IMG/VR virus record: IMGVR_UViG_3300010352_001202
DNA length: 64,000 bases
Direction: 5' to 3' (one strand)
DNA from: a virus
Taxonomy: Duplodnaviria > Caudoviricetes
Both the position numbers and the translations under genes were made by a program. A model generated the notes under the pieces. That model was not told where the DNA came from and made no database searches. It saw only the letters and a list, made by a program, of their open reading frames with translations. Within the stretch, counting starts at the first letter, position 1. Every line of letters begins with the position of its first letter. Shown here piece after piece: positions 20,252-27,515 of this stretch.

Positions 20252-22042
20252 ATGCTGAAAATAAATGCACTAACAATAAAAAACTTCATGAGTATCGGTA
20301 ATGTTACTCAGTCAATAAATTTTAGTACCAGCGATTTAGTATTAGTGTTGGGTGAAAACCTTGACTTAGGTGGCAACGATAATCGAAATGGTGTAGGTAA
20401 ATCTACAATTGTGAATGCCTTGTCATATGCACTATATGGATCCGCATTAACAAGTATTAAGAAAGATAACTTAATTAATAAGACAAACATGAAACATATG
20501 CTTGTCACATTAATTTTCGAAGTTAACGGTGTCGGTTATAAAATCGAGCGCGGTCGTAAACCTGGTATCTTCAAGTTCATTAAGGACGGCGACGAAGAAA
20601 AGGACGACGGCAACGAGAAGGATAAGGATTCCAATGAAGCCCAGGGCGAGAACAGGCACACTCAAGAAGAAATTGAACGCTTGATTGGTGTTTCGCACGA
20701 TATGTTCAAACACATCCTTGCGCTGAATACTTATGTCGAGCCATTTCTTGCCTTAAAGACTGGTGAGCAACGAGTTATTATCGAGCAATTGCTTGGTATT
20801 ACTAAGCTATCCGAAAAAGCTGAGAAGCTAAAAGACGAGGCAAAGGTAACAAGAGATGAGATTAAAGAAGAAGAGTTTAGGATCACCGCAGCTACGGAAG
20901 CAAACAGGCGTATCGAGACGAACATTAAGGGGCTTGAGAGCAAATCGATGGCGTGGGAATCCGCTAAAGTGGGTAGGATTGACACTTTGCAGAAGTCTAT
21001 TATGGAGATGCTTAGTGTCAATATCGACGACGAGATCGTCCTACATAAGTCCAAGAAAGAAGTGGAAGATCTCAACGCGGAATATAGGTCGCTCGCAAAA
21101 GAACTCGCTAATCTCGAAAAAGAAGTTACGGAGTCGACAAAAACCGTAACAAGGCTCGACAAGGTTCTTCTTAGTTCGACTGAGAAAATCTGTCCTACAT
21201 GTTCGCAAGAGATGGACAAAGACACGCACGACAAAGTCCATAACGAGTATTTGCTGCAACATCAAGAGACTCAGCGCAAATTGCAGGAAAAAACTGCAAA
21301 GCGCGACGAAGTTAAAACACTTGCAACGTCTGTCGCATCGCTTATTCCTAAGCTACCAGAGACATTTTATGCAACCATCGATGAAGCATACAATCATAAG
21401 ACCACACTTGATACTCTAGGTAATAGTTTATCTGCTGAATTAGAAACAGTAAACCCGTATACAGACCAAATCGAGTCATTGCGTCGCGACGGTTTGCAAG
21501 AAATTAGTTTTGACAAACTAAATGAGCTTGTTAAGTTACGTGACCATCAGGAATTCTTACTGAAATTACTTACCAACAAAGATAGTTTCATCCGTAAGAA
21601 AATTATTGACCAGAACTTAACATTCCTAAATCATAGGTTAGCACACTATCTGGCAGACATCGGGCTGCCGCACGAAGTAAAATTCAAGTCGGATCTTGAG
21701 GTTGAAATAGGTATCTTAGGTAAGGAATATGATTTTGATAATTTAAGCAGAGGTGAACGTACTCGATTAATCCTATCCCTTTCATGGTCATTTAGAGATG
21801 TATATGAATCAATGAATGATAAGATTAATTTATTGTTTATCGATGAGTTGATAGATTCGGGACTGGATTCCAGCGGTGTAGAATCGTCATTAGCAATTCT
21901 AAAGAAAATGGGTAGAGACAACAAGCGCAATATCTATCTTATTTCTCACAGAGATGAATTGATCGGTCGAGTCTCAAATGTTCTAAAGGTTGTTAAAGAG
22001 GGTGGGTTTACTTCATTTGAAAATAACGAGACAGAGGTCTGA
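20252..22042 (+). CDS. gp46: Recombination ATPase, gp46/Rad50/SbcC-like
   Basis: KNFMSIG, Walker A NGVGKS, coiled coil with CPTC zinc hook, signature LSRGE, Walker B LLFIDE, D-loop SGLD, ISHR. Confidence 0.92.
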   Translation: MLKINALTIKNFMSIGNVTQSINFSTSDLVLVLGENLDLGGNDNRNGVGKSTIVNALSYALYGSALTSIKKDNLINKTNMKHMLVTLIFEVNGVGYKIERGRKPGIFKFIKDGDEEKDDGNEKDKDSNEAQGENRHTQEEIERLIGVSHDMFKHILALNTYVEPFLALKTGEQRVIIEQLLGITKLSEKAEKLKDEAKVTRDEIKEEEFRITAATEANRRIETNIKGLESKSMAWESAKVGRIDTLQKSIMEMLSVNIDDEIVLHKSKKEVEDLNAEYRSLAKELANLEKEVTESTKTVTRLDKVLLSSTEKICPTCSQEMDKDTHDKVHNEYLLQHQETQRKLQEKTAKRDEVKTLATSVASLIPKLPETFYATIDEAYNHKTTLDTLGNSLSAELETVNPYTDQIESLRRDGLQEISFDKLNELVKLRDHQEFLLKLLTNKDSFIRKKIIDQNLTFLNHRLAHYLADIGLPHEVKFKSDLEVEIGILGKEYDFDNLSRGERTRLILSLSWSFRDVYESMNDKINLLFIDELIDSGLDSSGVESSLAILKKMGRDNKRNIYLISHRDELIGRVSNVLKVVKEGGFTSFENNETEV

Positions 22043-22104
22043 TGCTCTTGCAAATTCAAAAACATATCGTGTAGACTAGTCGAATAATAATTATAAGGAT
22101 TTCT

Positions 22105-22818
22105 ATGACAACAAAACAACAAATTCTATTACGTGATATCATCTTTAAAAAATTACCCGGTATTGCAGATGATATTCTTATGCAGGAATATATACTAAAA
22201 CTTATAGAATTATATCCAACTAGTGTGGATGTTGAAAATTTAATAGAACATTCATTAGCTCACAAAGGTGGATATGAATTTGTTGACGAAGCTGCAAAGG
22301 ATTTTAACGATAAAGACGAGTCAGACTCTAAAACAGTTTCAGTAAATCCAAAAACAGGTAGGGCAGAAATTATCGGGCTCGAAAATAAAATAGGTTCTAT
22401 TAGAATTACAATCTATAATCCCATTTCACCCGAGGCTACATCTTTCTTATACATTCCTCGAGCACACCTTCCGCTATTAATACGAGAATGTTTCGGAACA
22501 AACGAAGGTAAGAAACGTCTTGTTATTACCTGGAGCAAGAAGAGACCGAAACGTTTTAAAGACCAAAAAATCGGTTACTTCAACATGTATGAAAAATTTA
22601 GGGTAGACACGTTTGAGGAACTTGCTGAGATGACTGATGAGAAATTTTATCAGTTAAATCCGTCCCTTCAGTTGAATACTTCTTTACTAAGTCCCGATTT
22701 GGCTGCTGACTCCAGAAGTGATCCCATTCTACAAACATCCAGCCTTTATACGGCAGATAACGATCAGCAAGAAATCCTAGATTCTGAGGATACACTACCC
22801 ATTTCTCTTTCCTGCTAA
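22105..22818 (+). CDS. Hypothetical protein, possibly PD-(D/E)xK-type nuclease
   Basis: 237-aa ORF with SD AAGGA and possible promoter TTGCAA-N18-TAGACT (22048-22077); E...KDFNDKDESDSKT resembles a D...DxK active site. Function uncertain. Confidence 0.5.
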   Translation: MTTKQQILLRDIIFKKLPGIADDILMQEYILKLIELYPTSVDVENLIEHSLAHKGGYEFVDEAAKDFNDKDESDSKTVSVNPKTGRAEIIGLENKIGSIRITIYNPISPEATSFLYIPRAHLPLLIRECFGTNEGKKRLVITWSKKRPKRFKDQKIGYFNMYEKFRVDTFEELAEMTDEKFYQLNPSLQLNTSLLSPDLAADSRSDPILQTSSLYTADNDQQEILDSEDTLPISLSC

Positions 22819-23164
22819 TCTTAATAAGAATTAGATTCAAGTCTCCCTCATCCTCGACGTCGTGCTGCTGTTGTATCCACGCGTCGAGGATTTTCACGTC
22901 TGCATACCATAGCTGGTGAAACGGAAAATCGGCATACGACTTGCATTCTAGATTCCAATGCTTCCACGACTCCGGTGGGTGAATATCGCCTTTCTTACTT
23001 TGCACTTGTGCGCTGCCGAGTGTTTCTTTACGGAAGTTATTCTTACCACCGACAAAGGCGCCGGAAGATGGAATCCTAATAAATGTTTCTCCATAGGTTT
23101 CAGTTAGAAATTTTGAAACTTCTAATTCCCATGCATTTCCCTTAGCCTTGCTCTTACTGGGCAT
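22598..23164 (-). CDS. Holliday junction resolvase (Hjc-like, PD-(D/E)xK)
   Basis: SKAKGNAWELEV...RIPSSGA...GDI...LECK pattern of Hjc-type phage resolvases. Confidence 0.75.
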   Translation of the reverse strand: MPSKSKAKGNAWELEVSKFLTETYGETFIRIPSSGAFVGGKNNFRKETLGSAQVQSKKGDIHPPESWKHWNLECKSYADFPFHQLWYADVKILDAWIQQQHDVEDEGDLNLILIKISRKEKWVVYPQNLGFLADRYLPYKGWMFVEWDHFWSQQPNRDLVKKYSTEGTDLTDKISHQSSQQVPQTCLP

Positions 23165-23879
23165 CTAAATTTTCCTTTAATATGGCTTCTATATTTTGCC
23201 TATCTTTTTTAATAGCATAGTAAGTTCGTTCTCTTATGCCTGTCACATCTCTTATTTCTTTTCTAGATTTATTTTCGTCTAAGAGACGAAATATAGTGTT
23301 ATAGTATTCTTTTTGGCAGATTATCAAACTTATACTATGTTTTTTTCGTGCCTCACTAATATTTCTACGACCGTTTTCCGATTTAGGCTTTTTTAATGCA
23401 TTTCCTAAATTTTTCTTATGTTCTTTTGTTCGTGTAGTTTTTTTCACACCCCTATTACCGCAACCGTTTTTATTTCCAATTCTTGCCAGACTCATTTTGG
23501 CACGAGTTTCAGGACTTACTATTTGATTCTTATTTGCGATACTAAGTTTCTGTTTGTGCTCTTCAGTCTTAGGAACACCTTTTCGAACTTCGGATAATCT
23601 TTTTTTATGCCATCCGTATAGTTTATTGTTTCTTACTACGCCCTGAGTGGATTGGCACAGCATTAAGACGGCATAAATGAGATTTTTATTATCAGGATAT
23701 ATTTTTACAAGTAGCTGATGTGCTAAGAAATGTTCTTCTGGGGTAAGAATGGCAATGTTATTGTCGTCATCGGTCCCGTTCATACATTTTGGTATAATAT
23801 GATGTCTTTCGGTGTACCCTTCGATATGTCGTGTCTTTGATCTATTGATTAGTTGTTCGTATATTTTTCTATAGTTCAT
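23154..23879 (-). mobile_element. Free-standing HNH homing endonuclease with NUMOD3-like repeats
   Basis: YTERHHIIPKCMNGTDDDNNIAILTPEEHFLAHQLL; basic KTEEHKQKLS/SPETRAKMS repeats; own GATAAATA at 23896-23903; overlaps the resolvase start. Confidence 0.85.
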
Positions 23880-23968
23880 AATAACACCTTTTTATTATTT
23901 ATCCTCTTTTTATACCATAACTATACACTTATGGATTATGGAGTGTAAGTAATTATAAAGGAGACACT

Positions 23969-24550
23969 ATGTACACAGTAGCATTTGAAAAGGCAGTCGA
24001 TCATGCGATGCTTTATGAAGTAGGTGGTTTTTGGAAATTAACCCCAGAAGTTGAGGCTGGCCTAATCGGAACCGCAGCGCAGAAAAAAGCTGTAGGATAT
24101 ACCAACGATCCACACGATAACGGTGGCGAGACAAAATTTGGAGTAGCAAAGAATGCTAACCTAGATCTCGACATTAAAAATTTAGACTGGAATGGTGCAA
24201 AAGAAGTGTACTATCGCCGTTATTGGGTCAACGGGTCTTGTGATAAGTTACCCGGTCGAATTGCTGTATTACATTTCGATGGTTGTGTAAATCACGGAGT
24301 AGGTCGTGCTAACAAATTTCTTCAAAGAGCCCTCAATGTCTCAGCCGACGGTGTAATTGGACCGGCAACATGCGCGAAGGCGAACGCTTCGGACGCAATT
24401 GATGTATGCAACGCAATCTGCGATCAGCGTACTCAATTCTATAAAGACATCGTTGCAAACAATCCAAGCCAGGGAAGATACTTAGGCGGATGGTTGCGAC
24501 GCATCGATGAAATGCGTGAATTTACATGTGATTTGACTAGAAATTTCTGA
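23969..24550 (+). CDS. Endolysin, glycoside hydrolase family 108 with C-terminal peptidoglycan-binding domain
   Basis: GYTNDPHDNGGETKFGV, YYRRYW, FDGCVNHG, LQRAL...DGVIGPAT, GWLRR; SD AAGGAG. Confidence 0.88.
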   Translation: MYTVAFEKAVDHAMLYEVGGFWKLTPEVEAGLIGTAAQKKAVGYTNDPHDNGGETKFGVAKNANLDLDIKNLDWNGAKEVYYRRYWVNGSCDKLPGRIAVLHFDGCVNHGVGRANKFLQRALNVSADGVIGPATCAKANASDAIDVCNAICDQRTQFYKDIVANNPSQGRYLGGWLRRIDEMREFTCDLTRNF

Positions 24551-24568
24551 GAAAAATTACACAAATTG

Positions 24569-24587
24569 GGGCCTTCGGGCCCTTTTT
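24569..24587 (+). terminator. Intrinsic terminator after the endolysin gene
   Basis: gggcc-TTCG-ggccc followed by TTTTT (cUUCGg tetraloop). Confidence 0.85.
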
Positions 24588-24605
24588 ACTTTTGTGTCAA
24601 GATTG

Positions 24606-24635
24606 TTGACATGCTTAGGGCATCGTAGCTAAAAT
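24606..24635 (+). promoter_or_regulatory. Sigma70-type promoter TTGACA-N18-TAAAAT firing into an ORF-free region
   Basis: Consensus -35, near-consensus -10; the -35 is half of the inverted repeat TGTCAA-N5-TTGACA (24595-24611). Confidence 0.65.
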
Positions 24636-24636
24636 A

Positions 24637-25215
24637 GTGTAACAGCACATAAGACTGTTACACAAAAGCAAATCAAAAGATAGCGGGACTGACGCGCCCC
24701 GTGAACATATAAGATCCACAGCGTATAGGTTTTAACACATCAAAACTACAATTACACATAAAACCCAAATCTAATTTCAAATCCAACCCAAGCAAAATAT
24801 TTCTAACACAATTTAAGGTTGACGAGCCTAGTTAAAATTTCGTTGGCGGGTCGTTCGGAATGGAGCGCAACAGCCAGGACCAATGGGTGTGCATTGGCAA
24901 ACTTCAATGAACCATAGTTCTACCTATGTAGTAAGTGAAGTGAATTAAAAATTTGTTGCGGGTATGTGAACGAAAGGTATGGCCTGCAAGCGGTGTAGCA
25001 ACTGACTGAAGAGGAGCTACAAGAAGCCGCGAGGATGTATGGTGCCGAGCACCTTATCCCCCTAATAGGCCGCGTAAATGCGTGAAGTTGACATAAGCAA
25101 TCCAATACTTCAACAATAGTCTATTTCAGTCTCTGCGATGCAGTCAAGTATCAAAAAGAAGGGTATCGAAACAAGGTTACATTTTTTTATGATCTTGTTT
25201 CGATACCCTTTCTCT
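24637..25215 (+). ncRNA. Candidate large structured non-coding RNA, family unknown (alternatively an origin-associated transcript)
   Basis: No credible ORF over ~700 bp in a densely coding genome; upstream promoter; more than 10 hand-paired helices, several with G-U pairs, plus a possible pseudoknot; ends in a 17-bp perfect stem. Confidence 0.5.
25159..25210. terminator. Long inverted repeat, probable terminator or processing stem between convergent transcripts
   Basis: aagggtatcgaaacaag (25159-25175)/cttgtttcgataccctt (25194-25210); followed by CTTTTT on the minus strand. Confidence 0.7.
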
Positions 25216-25298
25216 GACTCCACCGTCAAGTATTTGAAAACAATCACATATTAACTGTGTTGTATCTAATGTGGGACGAACGAATAACGAAGCGGAGT

Positions 25299-25874
25299 TT
25301 ACGAAGCGAGTGTTTCGTGAAGTTCCCGGTCTGTAAGACCGTTTACTGTTTGATCAGTTCTCTTATAAATTCGCTTCGCGAGCTTAACAATGTCGCTATT
25401 TGTTGTTAAGGCAAATTCAGAATGTGGTTTGAGCTTAATACCAAATATGTCGTTACCGAAAGTTTCGACTCGAATGACACCTGTGAACTTCGTGAAGTGC
25501 AAAGTCATAAATGCGCTGAGTCTGAGCTCTAGTTCCCCTATAAGTGTGGGCAGTTCTTGCAATGATTCTGCGTCAAAATGACGGATCAATTTAACTTCGC
25601 CCTTCGCTAAGTAGATCTCGCTATACAGGTGTCGGCCTGCAGGCTTTTTTATGTATATAAAGCCGGGTTGTCGAAGGACTGCCTTACTTGTTTCAAGATT
25701 CATATTTAATTCTCTGTCTGGCAGAGAATCTACTTCGTAAGGACTCCACTTAATGCCTTGAGCATCTAAGAGTCTTGATAGGTCGTAGACCCAGCGGTGT
25801 TTAGAATATCGTTCCCAACATTCAATATCATCCTTAGGGATATCAAGATCATATGTGTCGTGTTTCTTTTGCAT
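25299..25874 (-). CDS. Hypothetical protein, possibly degenerate ATP-grasp fold
   Basis: 191-aa ORF with SD AAGGA; motifs WERYSKHRWVYD, GRHLYSEI and FTGVIRVETFGNDIFGIKL recall a phage/bacterial ATP-grasp-like family (recalled, not searched). Confidence 0.55.
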   Translation of the reverse strand: MQKKHDTYDLDIPKDDIECWERYSKHRWVYDLSRLLDAQGIKWSPYEVDSLPDRELNMNLETSKAVLRQPGFIYIKKPAGRHLYSEIYLAKGEVKLIRHFDAESLQELPTLIGELELRLSAFMTLHFTKFTGVIRVETFGNDIFGIKLKPHSEFALTTNSDIVKLAKRIYKRTDQTVNGLTDRELHETLAS

Positions 25875-25924
25875 GTTCTTTCCTTTGACTATTCGGGATG
25901 CCTTTATATGGCGATGGCACTCCT

Positions 25925-26356
25925 TTATTCCCCGGGGACCGGTATACCCTTCTTACCATTTGGTTTACCTTTTGCAGAATTAGAACCAAATATTCTGCCT
26001 TTTCTTTTAGATTCTACACCCTTCGTCGGTGATGGCGTTAGAGCGCATTGTTTTCTTACCCAATCATATTGTCTATTATTCAACCTATTTCCATATCTAT
26101 CGGTTCCCATGAGCATCGCCGCTTTAATCATTGAATGGTTATTTGGGTACATTCTTACTAAACACAAATGAGCAAACAGATGTTCTCTCGGAGTTAATAA
26201 TACAAGATTTGTTTCGTCATTAGTGCCACCAAGTGCCTTAGGTAAAATATGATGGCGTTCATAACAGACATATTTTTTATGATCTTTTTTGTACTTTTGC
26301 CTGCACTCAGATAATGCTCTCAATATGAGTTTATTATATATTCTTCTATAATCCAT
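25925..26356 (-). mobile_element. Free-standing HNH homing endonuclease; C-terminal tail appears frameshifted
   Basis: YERHHILPKALGGTNDETNLVLLTPREHLFAHLCL; KG-xP repeats continue in the +1 frame past the stop. Confidence 0.8.
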
Positions 26357-26357
26357 T

Positions 26358-26590
26358 TTACATATACTCTTTACCGCCCGGGTTCTGTTCCTTCATACGT
26401 TTGTTAATTACCTTAACAACGATTTCTCTATCTTCAAAACTCATACCCCACGCAGAATTCCATTCAATACCACCTTTCATAAAATAGCATAGATCAGCAA
26501 TTTGTTGCTTTAGAGCTATGCCATCTTTTACATAAGATTGTATTAGGTCACCCAATTCCTCAGGAGGCAGAAAAATCAAGGACCTTATGA
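26358..26590 (-). CDS. gp51-like small ORF; probable -1 frameshift extension of the upstream gp26-like gene
   Basis: IADLCYFMKGGIEWNSAWGMSFEDRE resembles small gp51-like ORFs; no ATG or SD at its 5' end; open in the -1 frame from the slippery site. Confidence 0.65.
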
Positions 26591-27433
26591 AAAATTTACG
26601 GGATTAAAATCAATTTCACTCTGCCATTCATGAGCACATTTTTCGCACTTCGCGGTAAATGTTCTCTTGATGCCAATTTGATTAATCTCGTCGATCAGGT
26701 CGCTGATTTTATCTACACTCTTCTTGTCGATGTTCATTAGGAAATCTTTAATAAACTTCTTGTCTGCAACATTAACGCCATCTGCTTCGTTTACAATTCT
26801 TACAATACCGTTGCACATTAGGTCAAATTTGGTTTGGCCAATTTCCTTGAACGCCTTATTGAAAATAAGCGATCTTTGCTCGTCTGTAATGCTGTCGTTG
26901 TCTACTGCGCGTGCAAGCTTATTTTGTTCAAATTGCGAGTGCAAACCTTTTAGCAATTCTGGAAACGAGTAGGGTTTTACGAAAACGCTAAGGCCGGAAT
27001 CCAAATTAATGACATAATCTGTTTCAAGCTTTGTCATGTTGTCTAGCGCAAACTGAAGATCTAATTTGTATGTATTTTCGGTTTGGCACTTTGGACACTT
27101 TAAGGTAGTTTCTAATGTGTCGTTATATGTAGCGTATCGAATAGCAGTAATAAGTGCATCGATGTCATTTGTTAGCAAAGCTTTGGGCTGTTTCAACGAT
27201 GGAACACAACTCAATAATACTTCGATCAAAGCCTCACCATTAAGTAATGCATCGGGGTTCTTTAGAGACAGTTCGTCCCTGCCAGTCATTGGCATTACAC
27301 CTACTTCTCCTTTTTCGGTGAACTGAATAACATCCGGTCCATAATAAGAAGTACCACTTGGCAGTTCGAGAAACAGTTTAAATGTTCTGAAATACTGCTT
27401 TAGTGGATTAGCCTGTTGTACAAATTGTTCCAT
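26585..27433 (-). CDS. Baseplate hub assembly protein/tail assembly chaperone, gp26-like
   Basis: NPLKQYFR...LELPS, PMTGRDE, DIDALITAIRYATY, two CxxC motifs (CPKC, CEKC), C-terminal FNPVNF; SD GAGG. Confidence 0.7.
   Translation of the reverse strand: MEQFVQQANPLKQYFRTFKLFLELPSGTSYYGPDVIQFTEKGEVGVMPMTGRDELSLKNPDALLNGEALIEVLLSCVPSLKQPKALLTNDIDALITAIRYATYNDTLETTLKCPKCQTENTYKLDLQFALDNMTKLETDYVINLDSGLSVFVKPYSFPELLKGLHSQFEQNKLARAVDNDSITDEQRSLIFNKAFKEIGQTKFDLMCNGIVRIVNEADGVNVADKKFIKDFLMNIDKKSVDKISDLIDEINQIGIKRTFTAKCEKCAHEWQSEIDFNPVNFS
26591..26597 (-). other. -1 ribosomal frameshift slippery heptamer A-AAT-TTT
   Basis: In-frame GTA AAT TTT TCA TAA; X-XXY-YYZ pattern one codon before the stop; the downstream ORF is in the -1 frame. 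Confidence 0.7.
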
Positions 27434-27456
27434 AATTTTTCCTCTGAAAATACTTT

Positions 27457-27492
27457 GATAAATAGTATTTGATATCGTTTCTTTTATTTATC
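27457..27492. promoter_or_regulatory. Face-to-face late promoters: GATAAATA on + (27457-27464) and on - (27492-27485)
   Basis: Both octamers lie in the 82-bp gap between the divergent gp26-like and tape measure genes. Confidence 0.7.
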
Positions 27493-27515
27493 ACGGGACT
27501 TAACCAACGAATTTT

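Noticed and set aside
24920-25105. 61-aa minus-strand ORF in the non-coding region
   Set aside because: Non-ATG start, no clear SD, atypical composition; cannot be supported without ribosome profiling.
24990-25150. Group I intron-like core (GACUG...GAUGCAGUC resembling P7)
   Set aside because: The bulged guanosine-binding geometry of P7 is not satisfied and no interrupted gene flanks it; kept only as part of the unknown RNA.
25195-25224. tmRNA/tRNA-like 3' end (ttcgatacc...ctccacc)
   Set aside because: No T-arm stem, no matching 5' acceptor strand and no CCA; the sequence is explained by the long hairpin.
25276-25310. Four short ACGAA(GCG) repeats as iterons or a CRISPR remnant
   Set aside because: Too short and irregularly spaced; no spacer structure or cas genes.
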